Part shown: positions 19,009 through 32,074 of the stretch, one piece after another | Position numbering within the stretch: position 1 is the stretch's first letter | Layout: every line of letters begins with the position of its first letter | Assembly: GCA_964651245.1 (NCBI GenBank) | Contig: CAZYVI010000002.1 | Location: forward strand, 78,484 to 142,483 | DNA length: 64,000 bases | DNA from: an uncultured Anaerolineales bacterium | GTDB lineage: Bacteria; Chloroflexota; Anaerolineae; Epilineales; Epilineaceae | Direction: 5' to 3' | Notes under the pieces: model-generated | What the model was told of the DNA's origin: nothing | What the model saw: the letters and a program-made list of their open reading frames with translations, nothing else | The model's database searches: none | Translations under genes and position numbers: made by a program

Positions 19009-19779
19009 TCAGCGATTGGCCGCCGCCACCAGGGCCAGGAAGCTGGCCGCCTCGAGCGACGCGCCGCCGACGAGCGCGCCGTCGACGTCGGGGGCGGCCA
19101 GGTAGCCGCCGATGTTGTCGGGCTTGACCGAGCCGCCGTAGAGGACGCGCAGGCCGTGCGCGGCCGCCGCGCCGAACGACGCCGCGGCGCGGCCGCGGAT
19201 CGCGGCGGCCATCCGGCCGGCCTCGGCCGCGTCGCAGGCGCGGCCGGTGCCGATGGCCCAGACGGGCTCGTAGGCCACCACCAGCCGCTCGACCTCGGCT
19301 GCGGCCAGCCCGGCCGTGGCGGCGTCGAGCTGGCCGAGAACGACGGCGTCGGCCTGGCCCGCGTCGCGCGCCGCGGCGCTCTCGCCGACGCAGACGACCG
19401 GCGCCAGGCCGTGGGCCAGCGCCGCGTGCGCCTTGCGGTTCACGTCGTCGTCGCCCTCGCCGAACAGCGTCCGGCGCTCGGAATGGCCGACGAGGACGTG
19501 CGAGGCGAGCTCGGCCACCATCGGCATGCCGACGGCGCCGGTGAAGGCGCCGGCGTCGCCCCAGAAGGCGTCCTGGGCGCCGACGCGCACCCCGCTGCCG
19601 CGCACGACGTCGGCGACGGCGGCGAGCGCGGTGTAGGGCGGGCAGAGCAACACGTCGCAGCGCAGCCCGTCGGCGTTGCCCCAGCCGGCCACGACGGCCG
19701 CCACGTCGCCGGCGAGCGCGCGCGCTTCGGCGACCGTCTTGTGCATCTTCCAATTGCCGGCGATCAGGGGTCTGCGCAA
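19009..19779 (-). CDS. tpiA: triose-phosphate isomerase
   Basis: [15 protein letters not shown], catalytic-region motifs VGHSERR and [11 protein letters not shown], and C-terminal GGASL. Confidence 0.9.
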   Translation of the reverse strand: MRRPLIAGNWKMHKTVAEARALAGDVAAVVAGWGNADGLRCDVLLCPPYTALAAVADVVRGSGVRVGAQDAFWGDAGAFTGAVGMPMVAELASHVLVGHSERRTLFGEGDDDVNRKAHAALAHGLAPVVCVGESAAARDAGQADAVVLGQLDAATAGLAAAEVERLVVAYEPVWAIGTGRACDAAEAGRMAAAIRGRAAASFGAAAAHGLRVLYGGSVKPDNIGGYLAAPDVDGALVGGASLEAASFLALVAAANR

Positions 19780-19986
19780 GGCCTCGGCTCCGGCGCCGAC
19801 CGGTCGGCCGGCGGGGCGGGCGGGACGGGGCGCGGTGGACCGCTACCCCGGGGAGCGGCCGCTCCCTGGCGACCGCGGCGCGATCACGTCGCGCGACGGC
19901 CGGCAACGATAGCGCAGGCGGGGCGGGGGGGTCAATCGGTCGCGCACGGCGCCCGCCCGGCCGACCCGCCGTGGTATCCTCCGCCC

Positions 19987-23307
<3,321 letters not shown>

Positions 23308-23423
23308 CGCGCCGCCCGCGCGGCGGAGGCGGCCGTAGCGTTTCGCCGCCGTCCACCGTCCATACCGTGTGCGCCCCATGGCGCGACCCATCGCCCCCGT
23401 CCCCCACCCCACGAGGCAGGCCG

Positions 23424-25112
23424 ATGGCCAAGCCGACCCGCCCCGCCGCTCCCCGCCGCTCGACGCCGGCCCTCGTCGTGGCGCTGGCCGTCGCCACCGC
23501 CGCCGCGGCCGCCGTCGGATCGCCGGCGCCGGCGCGGGCCCAGGCGCCCGGCGCCCAGACGGCGACGCCGACCGCCACGGCGGTGACGGGCGGCGGGCTG
23601 TGCACGGTGCGCGGCGCGCAGCAGCCGGCCGCGGCGGCCGTCGAGCGCAACGCCCGGCTCGACGTCGTGCTGCGGCTGGCCGGCGACTGCCCGGTCGACG
23701 CCCGCGGGCGGGCCGACATCCTGCTCCTCGTCGACCGCTCGGGCTCGATGGCCGAGGGCGGCAAGTTCGACGCCGCCAAGACCGCCGTGGCGGCGTTCAT
23801 CGCCAACGTCGACTTCGCGCGCCACCGGGTCGGGCTGGTGCCGTTCAACAGCGACCCGTACGTGGCCCAGCCGCTGACCGACCGCGCCGACCGGCTGCTG
23901 CGGGCGCTGTCGCTGATGGACGCGCCGCAGGGCAGCACCTCGATCGGCGCGGCGATCCGGATGGCCGACCGCGAGTTCGTCGAGACCGGCCGGCCGATCG
24001 CCGTCAAGGTCATGGTGCTGCTCTCGGACGGCATCGAGCCGGTGGCCGACGCGATCGTGGCCGCCGCCGAGGCGTCGAAGGCGCGCGGGACGGTGTTTTT
24101 CACGATCGGCCTGGGCGTCGACGCCGCCGACACGACGCTGGCGCGGGTGGCGACGTCGCCGGCCCACTACTACGACGCGCCCGACGCCGCGGCGCTGGGC
24201 GAGGTCTACCAGCGCATCGCCGCCATCCTGCTGTCGTTCGGCGTCACCGACGTCCGGGTCCACGAGCGGCTCCAGCCGGCCGCCACCCCCGCCGCGCCGG
24301 CGCCGGCCGAGCCGGCGGTGGCCGGCGACGGGCTGCGCACCTGGTGGCGGCCGTTCCTGACCGCCGACGACACCGACCTGGGCTACGCCGTCCACCTGGC
24401 CGCCGACGGCCGCCAGCCGATCTCGTCGGCGCTGTGGGCCGAGTACACCGACGGCGACGGCACCCGGCGCCGCGTCGACATCCCGCGGGCCGAGGTCGAG
24501 GTGACCCCGCCGAACATCCGCCGGATCTACCTCCCGTTCGCCGTGCGGAGCTGGTGCTTCCCAGCCGAACGCCACGCCGACGTCGCGCTGGTGATCGACG
24601 CCTCGGCCAGCATGGCCGGCCCCAAGCTGGCCCAGGCCGTGGCCGGCGCCAAGGCCTTCGTCGAGCTGCTGGCGCCGCGCCCCGGCGGCAGCCAGGTGAC
24701 CGTGGTGAGCTACGACGCCAACAGCCGCGTCGTCCTGCCGCTGTCGACCGACCGCGCCCGGATCGACGCTGCCCTCGACGGCCTCGCGCCCGGCAGCGGC
24801 ACCCGCATCGACCGCGGCATCGTGGCCGGCGTCAACGAGGTCGCCGGCCCGGGCCGCGATCCCGCGAACCGCCCCGTCGTCGTCCTGCTGACCGACGGCA
24901 TCCAGGTCGACGCCCGCGACACCGTCCGCGACGCCGCCGCCTACGCCCGCGCCCGCGACGTGGCGATCTACGTCGTCGGCCTCGGCGAGGACGTCGACCT
25001 TCCGACGCTGCTCGCCGTCGCCGGCGGCCCCGACGGGCTCTACCTCGCCCGTGACCCGGAGGCGCTGGTGGCGATCTACCGGCGGGTGGGGGGCGTCGTG
25101 GCCTGCCGCTAG
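23424..25112 (+). CDS. secreted tandem-vWA protein, paralogous to the C-terminal two-thirds of the 4136..7600 protein
   Basis: Signal peptide MAKPTRPAAPRRSTPALVVALAVATAAAAAVGSPAPARAQAP. Two MIDAS motifs (VDRSGSMAEG, IDASASMAGP) separated by a beta-rich domain of about 150 aa. Same domain order as the first vWA protein. Confidence 0.75.
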   Translation: MAKPTRPAAPRRSTPALVVALAVATAAAAAVGSPAPARAQAPGAQTATPTATAVTGGGLCTVRGAQQPAAAAVERNARLDVVLRLAGDCPVDARGRADILLLVDRSGSMAEGGKFDAAKTAVAAFIANVDFARHRVGLVPFNSDPYVAQPLTDRADRLLRALSLMDAPQGSTSIGAAIRMADREFVETGRPIAVKVMVLLSDGIEPVADAIVAAAEASKARGTVFFTIGLGVDAADTTLARVATSPAHYYDAPDAAALGEVYQRIAAILLSFGVTDVRVHERLQPAATPAAPAPAEPAVAGDGLRTWWRPFLTADDTDLGYAVHLAADGRQPISSALWAEYTDGDGTRRRVDIPRAEVEVTPPNIRRIYLPFAVRSWCFPAERHADVALVIDASASMAGPKLAQAVAGAKAFVELLAPRPGGSQVTVVSYDANSRVVLPLSTDRARIDAALDGLAPGSGTRIDRGIVAGVNEVAGPGRDPANRPVVVLLTDGIQVDARDTVRDAAAYARARDVAIYVVGLGEDVDLPTLLAVAGGPDGLYLARDPEALVAIYRRVGGVVACR

Positions 25113-25158
25113 GGCGGGCGCGCGTTCGGCCCTGCGGTCCCGCGGCGCCGGCGACGCC

Positions 25159-26916
25159 CTAGTCCCGCCCCGCCCACGGCAGCCACGCCCGCGCCTCGCC
25201 CGACGGCATCGCGGCGGTCGCCGTCTCGTGCGGCGACGGCGTGACCGCCGACGTGGTCGCCGTCGCCGCAGCCTGCGTCGGCGATTCAACTGCTGTCGCC
25301 GTCGCCGAGGCGCTTCCGCCCGGCGTCGACGTGGCCGTCGCGCTTCCGCCCGGCGTCGCCGTCGGCCCGCCCGGCTCGTAGCGCAGCACGACGGCGCGGC
25401 GCGCCAGCACGTCGTCGCTCATCACCATGCCGACGGCGTACGCCGTGCCGTCGGGCAGCGCCTGGACGGCGTGGAGGTGGCAGTCGCACGGCGGCGGCTG
25501 GCGTTCCCAGACGCCGTCGCGGAAGCGCCAGAGTTCGGCCGACGACTCGGCGTCGGCCCCGCCGCCGACCGCCCAGCCCTCGGCCGGGTTGATCAGGTCG
25601 ATCGACCACAGCGGCGTGGATGTGGTGATCGGCGCCATCGCCAGCACGCCGTCGCGCCAGAGCGCGATGGCGCCGCCAAAGGGTTCGTCCCGACGGGCGC
25701 CGACGATCCAGGCCTCGCCCGGTGCGATGAGGTCGATCGAGAGGCCGAACACCGGCTGCGAGCCGGCGGCCGCGGCGGCCCAGCGCGCGCCGTCGAACGC
25801 GCCGACGCCGGTCGGGCCGATCGCCAGCGCGTCGGCCGTCGTGCGGCGCGGCGGGTGGAGCGGGCTGCGGGCGAGGACGTCGACCGCCCAGCCCTGCGCC
25901 ACGCCCCACGCCCCGTCGTCGGCGATCGCAGCGCCCGAGCGGAGGCGGACCACGCCGTCGTCGCCGATCGCCCAGCCGTCTTCGTCGAGCCGCGAACGGT
26001 CGATCGCCACGTCGTGGAGTTCACCGTCGGTCGTCGTGGTGTGCCGCAGCGCCCAGCGCTGGCCGTCGGGGTCGAGGCGGTAGAGCGCCGAGCCCGTCGC
26101 CGCCCAGTCGCCGTCCAACGACCACACCGCGGCCCCGTCGCCGCTGGCCAAGACCTGCTCCGTCCAGGCACCGTCCGCGAGCTCATAGACCAGCGCCTGG
26201 TTCATCGGCGGTTGGTAGCGCACGCCCCCCACCCGCCAGCCGCGGCCCGCCGTGGCGTCGACGGCCAGCAACCCGACCGGCCCGGAGGGTGGCGCAACCT
26301 CGATCCAGCGGCCGCCTTCGGCGATGACGCGGCGGAAGCGAACCGAGCGGAAGATCGCCACGACGCGCTCGTGCGCCGCCGGCGGCACGTCGTGGCCGAC
26401 GATGCTCAGATGCTTCGGTCCCCAGAACGAGCCGACGTCGTCGGTGTGCTCGATGAAGAGCGCGAGCACGGCGGACGCGTCGCGCGGCCAGTAGATCTGC
26501 GCGGCGCGGAAGTCGACGTGGGTGCGCTCGACGTCGTGGCCGCTGGCGTCGGACGGGGCCGAGTTCCAGAACGCCCCGTAGTCGAACGTCAGCTCGATCC
26601 CGTCGCCGACGAGCCCGCCGACGAACGAGTCGACGCCCTGGAGCGGCGCATAGCGCCAGCCCGGCGGCAGCGCCACCGAGAACGGCCCGGTGTCGACGCG
26701 GCTCCAGCCGGGCGGGTCGTCGCGCGGGGCGACCGGCTGGGCGGCGGCGCGCGCCAGCGCCGCGAGCGCCGTCGGGTCGGCGTCGGCGGGGGCGTCCAGC
26801 CACAACCGCGCGAGCACGGCGGCGCCGGTGACGAGCCACGAGAGGGCGGCGAGCGTGGCGGCGACGCGGCGCGGCAAGCGGCGGTCCGGGCGGGGGCGTG
26901 ATGGGCGGTCCAACAT
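25159..26916 (-). CDS. signal-anchored protein with an unknown N-terminal domain, propeller-like repeats and a Thr/Ser/Ala/Gly-rich C-terminal tail
   Basis: N-terminal signal anchor (LAALSWLVTGAAVLARLWL). Repeats of the GWAVG/AWIVG/GWAIG type resemble the blades of the 27899..29899 protein. Contains a CDCHLH motif. The tail is a (TPGGSATA)n-like low-complexity stretch. Confidence 0.5.
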   Translation of the reverse strand: MLDRPSRPRPDRRLPRRVAATLAALSWLVTGAAVLARLWLDAPADADPTALAALARAAAQPVAPRDDPPGWSRVDTGPFSVALPPGWRYAPLQGVDSFVGGLVGDGIELTFDYGAFWNSAPSDASGHDVERTHVDFRAAQIYWPRDASAVLALFIEHTDDVGSFWGPKHLSIVGHDVPPAAHERVVAIFRSVRFRRVIAEGGRWIEVAPPSGPVGLLAVDATAGRGWRVGGVRYQPPMNQALVYELADGAWTEQVLASGDGAAVWSLDGDWAATGSALYRLDPDGQRWALRHTTTTDGELHDVAIDRSRLDEDGWAIGDDGVVRLRSGAAIADDGAWGVAQGWAVDVLARSPLHPPRRTTADALAIGPTGVGAFDGARWAAAAAGSQPVFGLSIDLIAPGEAWIVGARRDEPFGGAIALWRDGVLAMAPITTSTPLWSIDLINPAEGWAVGGGADAESSAELWRFRDGVWERQPPPCDCHLHAVQALPDGTAYAVGMVMSDDVLARRAVVLRYEPGGPTATPGGSATATSTPGGSASATATAVESPTQAAATATTSAVTPSPHETATAAMPSGEARAWLPWAGRD

Positions 26917-27011
26917 GGGCGGCTCCTAGGGCGTCGATGTGTGGATCGGAGCAGGGTACGTTGGACGGCGCCGTCGGTTGCGGGCCGGCGCGATCGCTCT
27001 CGGCGCCGCCG

Positions 27012-27902
27012 TCAGCGCGCGCGGCCCGGCGCCCGCGCCGCCGCCGTCGGGTCGCGGTCCGCCGCCGGTTCGCCCGCGTCGGCCGTCGGCGGCAGGTCCA
27101 CGACCGTGGGCGGCGGGGTGGCGGTGCGGTGGACGAGGTCGTAGCGGGCGCCGTCGGTGAGGATGTGGAGCCGGACGTCGAGGACGCTGACCGGGTCGGC
27201 GCGGTTGGCCGAGTCCATCGAGGTGTAGCTGACGGACGACGGGTCGACGATCGTGATCGCGCCGCTGCCGGCCACGGTCAGCGTGTCGTCGGGGCCCAGG
27301 AACGCGGCGGTGTCCTCGTCGAGGCCGATGCCGACGAAGCTGGGGTTGTAGCTCAGCGCCGTCAGGAGCCGGCCGAGCCGATCGCGCTGCCGGAAGTGCT
27401 GGTCGATGATCGCCAGGTCGGTGAAGCCCAGGCCTGGCGCCAGCGTGACCATGTTGGCCCGCGGCGTCCCGCCGTCGTCGCCGAAGGCGATCATGTGGGC
27501 GCTCATCACCGCCGCGCCGGCCGAGGTGCCGGCGACGTGCAGGCCGCGGGCGTGGCGCTCGCGCAGCCGGTCGTCGAAGGGCGTCCCGCCCAGCGTCGTC
27601 GACAGCCGGAGCTGGTTGCCGCCGGTGAGGAAGACGCCGTCGGCGCCGTCGAGCGCGTCGACGTAGCGGGCGCGGGCGGCGTCCTTGCGCGTCTCGATCG
27701 GCACGACCGTCACCTCGGCCACCTTGAGGCGCCGGAAGACGAGCTCGTACTTGCGGCCCGTGGTCGGCAGCATCGACGCCGTCGGCACGACGACGATCCG
27801 GGCCGCCTCGCCGCCGCACAGCGCCACGAAGCGGGCCAGGATCGCCGGTGCGCGCAGCTTCTCCTCGGCGCCGCCGATCGGGACGATCGTGCCGCGCGTC
27901 AC
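27012..27902 (-). CDS. cphB: cyanophycinase (peptidase S51, CphB-type, with no signal peptide)
   Basis: GTG start VTRGTIVPIGGAEEK, nucleophile elbow GTSAGAAVM, length about 296 aa. Its 4-nt GTGA overlap with the upstream propeller gene suggests translational coupling. Confidence 0.7.
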   Translation of the reverse strand: MTRGTIVPIGGAEEKLRAPAILARFVALCGGEAARIVVVPTASMLPTTGRKYELVFRRLKVAEVTVVPIETRKDAARARYVDALDGADGVFLTGGNQLRLSTTLGGTPFDDRLRERHARGLHVAGTSAGAAVMSAHMIAFGDDGGTPRANMVTLAPGLGFTDLAIIDQHFRQRDRLGRLLTALSYNPSFVGIGLDEDTAAFLGPDDTLTVAGSGAITIVDPSSVSYTSMDSANRADPVSVLDVRLHILTDGARYDLVHRTATPPPTVVDLPPTADAGEPAADRDPTAAARAPGRAR

Positions 27903-29899
27903 CGCGTCACCCGGGGCAGCCAGACGCGGTGCAGCTGCCGGATGGCCCCCGGCACGTCCTCGGCGCGGTAGTAGACGATCGCGCCGTCGGCCCCCACCGC
28001 CCAGGCGTCGAGGCCGTCGAGGAGCGCCACCGCGGCCAGGTTGGCGCTCGTCGGGCTGAGGCTGCGCGACCAGGCGCCGCTCGGCTGGCGCTCGAGGATC
28101 GCGCCGCCGCTGCCGACCGCCCAGCCGCGCCCGTCGGGGCCGACCGCGAGATCGCGCAGCACGCCGTCGACCGGGTCGCCGGCGGCCTCGACGGGATGCC
28201 AGGCGCCGCCGTGCCAGGCGATGACGGCCCCCTTGGCCCCGACGGCCACCGCGCCGCCCCCCGGGGTGAACGCCACGGCTTGGAGCCACTCCGTCGTCGC
28301 CCGCTGCTCGACGGCCACCCAGGCGCCGTCGACGAGCCGCAGCGCCTGGCCGCCCCAGCCGACCGCCCAGCCGTCGCCCGACGGGTGGAGCGCCACGTCG
28401 GACAGCGGGCGGTGCGACCGCGCCGCGGCGTCGACGACGACCCAGGTGTCGCCGATCAGCTTGAGGATCGTCCCGCCGTCGCCGACGGCCCAGGCGGTGC
28501 CGGGCAGCGGCCGGCCAAGGGCGTCGAGCGGCACCGCCACGGCGTTGAGCCGTTCGCGCGTCGGGCTCGGCACCATCGTCCAGCGCTCGTCGGCCAGGCG
28601 CAGGAGGGCGCCGGTGTCGCCGACCGCCCAGCCGCTGGCCGGGCCGTCCAGCGCCACGCCGTTGAGGTGGCCGCCCATCGGGCTCGGCCACGCCGCCCAG
28701 CGCCCGCCGCGGTAGCGCAGCAGCGTCCCGTCGGCGCCGACGGCCCAGCCGTCCCAGGCGTTGTGGAAGGCGACGTCGGCCAGCTGTGCGGCGAGCCGGA
28801 CCCCCTCGTCGCGCCACTCGTTGTCGGCGTAGTGGAGCACCGCGGCGCGGCACTCGCCGGCCGTCAAGCAGTCGGCGCCGACGGCCCAGGCCTCGGACGC
28901 GCCGACGACGGCCAGCGACGTCACGCCCTTGCTCGTCTGGCTGTCCACCGTCGCCCAGTCCTCGCCGTCGAGCCGCAGGATCGGGGTGCGGCACGGCAGC
29001 GCGCATGCCTGGCCGAAGGCCCAGCCGTGGCCATCGGGACTCAGGGCCACCGTGCGCAGCGGCTGCGGCACGTCGTCGCGGGCGACGGTCCAGCGGCCGT
29101 CGCGGTAGCGCAGGATGGCGCCGCGGCACGGCAGCGCGGCGCAGGTCTCGCCCACGGCCCAGCCCGTGGCGCGGTCGGCCATGGCCACGGCGTGCAGCCG
29201 GACGTCGGGCGGCCCGGCGTCGTGGCGCTGCCAGAGGCCCTCGCTGTAGTGGAACAGCACGGCGTGGCAGCGCTGGTCGCTGGCGCAGTCGTCGCCGACG
29301 GCCCAGCCCTCGTCGTCGGCCGGCAGCGCCAGCCCGTAGAGCCAGTCGACGTCGGGGGTGGCGGCGATCGACCACGTTCCTTGGACGAGGCGCAGCAGGA
29401 CGCCCTGGCAGCGCGACTCGGGCACGCACCGGCCCCCGACGGCCCAGCCGTCGCCGCCGCGCGTGACCGCCACGGCCGACAGCACGACGTCGGGCAGGCG
29501 CGTCGCGGCCGACCAGCCGCCTGGGCCAAGGCGCAAGACGACGCCCTCGCACCGCCCGCCGGCGCCGCACGCGCCACCCACGGCCCAGCCGTCGTCGGGG
29601 CCGCGCAGCGCCAGGCCGTGCAGCGGCAACTCGGTCGGGCTGGGCGCCTCGAGCCAGACGCCGTCGTCGAAGCGGAGGATCACGCCGCCCTTGCCGACCG
29701 CCCAGCCGTCGCCGGGGCCGGAGAACGCCACCGCGGCCAAGCCCAGGCCGCAGCCCGGGCCCATGATCGGGTCGCAGCCCCAGCGGCCGCGCACGTCGCC
29801 GGGGCGCCCGGGCGCGGCCGCGGCGACGGTCGCCAGGGCCGCCATCGCCCCCAGCGCCGCCCCGAACCGCACCAGCCGTCGGATCGCCGCGATGCCCAT
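27899..29899 (-). CDS. secreted multi-blade beta-propeller protein (Ycf48/BNR-like blades) arranged as two tandem propeller halves
   Basis: Signal peptide MGIAAIRRLVRFGAALGAMAALATVAAAAPG. About 13 repeats of roughly 45 aa (consensus GWAVG...G.ILR..DG.W). The first six carry a CX4-6C pair (for example ACGAGGRCEG, RCVPESRCQG, DCASDQRCHA); the last seven have none. Confidence 0.7.
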   Translation of the reverse strand: MGIAAIRRLVRFGAALGAMAALATVAAAAPGRPGDVRGRWGCDPIMGPGCGLGLAAVAFSGPGDGWAVGKGGVILRFDDGVWLEAPSPTELPLHGLALRGPDDGWAVGGACGAGGRCEGVVLRLGPGGWSAATRLPDVVLSAVAVTRGGDGWAVGGRCVPESRCQGVLLRLVQGTWSIAATPDVDWLYGLALPADDEGWAVGDDCASDQRCHAVLFHYSEGLWQRHDAGPPDVRLHAVAMADRATGWAVGETCAALPCRGAILRYRDGRWTVARDDVPQPLRTVALSPDGHGWAFGQACALPCRTPILRLDGEDWATVDSQTSKGVTSLAVVGASEAWAVGADCLTAGECRAAVLHYADNEWRDEGVRLAAQLADVAFHNAWDGWAVGADGTLLRYRGGRWAAWPSPMGGHLNGVALDGPASGWAVGDTGALLRLADERWTMVPSPTRERLNAVAVPLDALGRPLPGTAWAVGDGGTILKLIGDTWVVVDAAARSHRPLSDVALHPSGDGWAVGWGGQALRLVDGAWVAVEQRATTEWLQAVAFTPGGGAVAVGAKGAVIAWHGGAWHPVEAAGDPVDGVLRDLAVGPDGRGWAVGSGGAILERQPSGAWSRSLSPTSANLAAVALLDGLDAWAVGADGAIVYYRAEDVPGAIRQLHRVWLPRVTR

Positions 29900-30070
29900 C
29901 CCGAGATCTCAACCCCGCGCCGAGGCCGCGCTCCCGGCGACCTGTGCCTGATCTTAACGCGCCGCACCGTGAAAAGGCGCGGTCGGCGACATTAAGAATC
30001 GGCCCGGCGATGCGAATCGCGGGGGGCGGCACGCCCAACAAACGGTGGCCAAATCATCATCGAATGGTGC

Positions 30071-30099
30071 TAGACAACGCGCCATCGACCCTGTATATT
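30071..30099 (+). promoter_or_regulatory. sigma70-like promoter for the RRM gene: TAGACA - 17 nt - TATATT
   Basis: -35 at 30071-30076 (5 of 6 match to TTGACA), a 17-nt spacer, and -10 at 30094-30099 (5 of 6 match to TATAAT). It sits in the lowest-GC stretch of the window, about 260 nt upstream of the ATG. Confidence 0.5.
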
Positions 30100-30358
30100 G
30101 GGCCGCCAAGGATGCGGTTCGAAGTGCACGGACCGAGTTCCCCCATCAGCCTCCGGTCGTCCCTCGGTTTCGGTGCAAGGACGTCCCCTGCCCGGCATCG
30201 TACGTGGTTGCGGTCGTCGAGCGCGCCCTCGCGGCGCGGGCCGATCTTCGGGTCTCCCAGCGTGTGGTGAGTGGATCTCAGTCAGGCCTCGCATCCCGGC
30301 CCTGGGTGGCGGCGGGCATGCCGCGCCGAGATCTGTTCAGCAGGAGGCTCGAGTTCCC

Positions 30359-30703
30359 ATGTCCAAGAAGCTGTTCGTGGGCGGCCTGCCGTGGTCGGTG
30401 ACCTCGGAGGAGCTGCAAGACCTCTTCGCCCCGCACGGTGAGGTGCTGGACGCGGTGGTCATCAAGGACCGCGAGACGGGCCGCAGCCGCGGCTTCGGCT
30501 TCGTCGAGTTCGAGGACGACGCGGCGGCCGACGCCGCGGTGCGCGCCCTCAACAACTCGTCGCTCGGCGGCCGCACGATCACGGTCAACGAGGCGAACGA
30601 GCGGCCCGGCGGCGGCCGGATGGGCGGGGGCGGCGGCGGCGGCGGCTACCGCCGCGACAACGGCGGGGGCGGCGGCTACGGCCGCGACCGGGGCGGCTGG
30701 TAG
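30359..30703 (+). CDS. glycine-rich RNA-binding protein with a single RRM (cyanobacterial Rbp-like)
   Basis: RNP2 (LFVGGL) and RNP1 (RGFGFVEF), a Gly/Arg/Tyr-rich C-terminus, and AGGAGG 10 nt upstream of the ATG. Length 114 aa. Confidence 0.9.
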   Translation: MSKKLFVGGLPWSVTSEELQDLFAPHGEVLDAVVIKDRETGRSRGFGFVEFEDDAAADAAVRALNNSSLGGRTITVNEANERPGGGRMGGGGGGGGYRRDNGGGGGYGRDRGGW

Positions 30704-30858
30704 ATCCGGCCGAACGACGTGGGCGATCGACGGGGCGGGCCAGCGGCCCGCCCCGCTTCGTGGGCCACGGTCCGCCGTCGCGCGGGTCCACCGCTGCAGG
30801 GGCGGGCCGTCGACCGAGCGACACCCCTGACGCGCGCCCTGGCCCGCGGCGGGCGGCC

Positions 30859-32004
30859 GTGACGGCGCCGCGGCCGTACGACGTCCTCGTCGTCGGCGGC
30901 GGCGTGAACGGGCTGGCCACGGCCTGGCAGCTGGCGCGCCGCGGCGCGGGCCGGATCGGCCTCGTCGAGCGCTTCGCCCTCGGCCACGACCGCGGCTCGA
31001 GCCACGGGCCGACGCGCATCACGCGCAGCAGCTACGCCGAACCGCACCTCGTGGCCCGCATGGCCGAGGCCAACGCCGAGGATTGGCCGGCCCTCGAGGC
31101 CGCCGCCGGCCGACCGCTGCGCCGCCCCTGCCCGACGTTCTTCTTCGGCCCCGCCGACGGGCCGATCGCCGCCTACGCCGCCGCCGTGGCCGCCGCCGGC
31201 GGCGCGTCGGCCGCCGCGATCGACGCCCTGTCGCCGTCCGCGGCGCGCGCCGCCGCCGGCGGCTGGCTGCGCATCGACGATACCGATGCCGCCCTGCACG
31301 ACCGCACCGGCGCCGTGATCGAGGCGGCCGCGGTCGTCGAGGCGCTCGTTCGGCTCGTCGCGGCCGGCGGCGTCGAGGTGCGCCAGGCGACGGCGGTGCG
31401 CTCGATCGGCGGCCCGCCGGGCGGGCCGGTCGTCGTCGCCACCGACGCCGGGCCGCTGCAGGCCGAGCGGGTCGTCGTGACGGCCGGGCCCTGGATCGGA
31501 CGCCTCCTGCCCTCGCTCGCCGGCCGGCTGACGCCGCTGCGCCAGACCGTGGCTTTCCTCGACGTCCCGGGCGACCCGACGACGGCGCCGAACTGGGTGC
31601 GCGTCGGCGCCGCGGGCGAGCCCGAGGTGTTCGGGCAGCCCGCGTTCGGCCACCGGGGCCTCAAGGCCGCCATCCACCGCCAGTCCGGCCGGCCCACGCC
31701 GGCCGACGACCCCGACGTCGCCGTGCCGTTCGCCGCCGACGCGCCGGTCGTCGCCGAGCTGCGCGCCGCCCTGGCGCGCTGCCTGGCGGTGCCGGTGCGC
31801 GGCGTCGTCGGCGGCATGACCTGCCTCTACACGATGACCGCCGACCACGACTTCGTCCTCGGCCCGCTGCCCGATGACCCTCGGATCATCGTCGGCGCCG
31901 CCTGCTCCGGCCACGCCTTCAAGTTCGCGCCGTGGACGGGGCGGGTGCTGGCGGCGTGGGCGATCGACGGGCATGGCGACGGGGCGCTGGCGCCGACGGC
32001 GTGA
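30859..32004 (+). CDS. FAD-dependent sarcosine / N-methyl-amino-acid oxidase (MSOX/SolA family)
   Basis: N-terminal dinucleotide fold YDVLVVGGGVNGLATA and a C-terminus closely resembling MSOX (CSGHAFKFAPWTGRVLA). GTG at 30859 is favoured over the upstream ATG at 30760, but the start is uncertain. Confidence 0.7.
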   Translation: MTAPRPYDVLVVGGGVNGLATAWQLARRGAGRIGLVERFALGHDRGSSHGPTRITRSSYAEPHLVARMAEANAEDWPALEAAAGRPLRRPCPTFFFGPADGPIAAYAAAVAAAGGASAAAIDALSPSAARAAAGGWLRIDDTDAALHDRTGAVIEAAAVVEALVRLVAAGGVEVRQATAVRSIGGPPGGPVVVATDAGPLQAERVVVTAGPWIGRLLPSLAGRLTPLRQTVAFLDVPGDPTTAPNWVRVGAAGEPEVFGQPAFGHRGLKAAIHRQSGRPTPADDPDVAVPFAADAPVVAELRAALARCLAVPVRGVVGGMTCLYTMTADHDFVLGPLPDDPRIIVGAACSGHAFKFAPWTGRVLAAWAIDGHGDGALAPTA

Positions 32005-32074
32005 GCGGGCGGCGCGGGCGGACGGACGGCGACGGCGGTCAACGGCACATCATGGGCCGGCCGTCGGCCCGCGG

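Noticed and set aside
30045-30401. Small ORFs (118 aa, 74 aa, 201-aa upstream extension) inside the RRM-gene leader
   Set aside because: The strong promoter, the perfect SD and the ATG at 30359 define the real gene. The upstream ORFs have no RBS and an odd composition, and the region is better explained as a 5'UTR.
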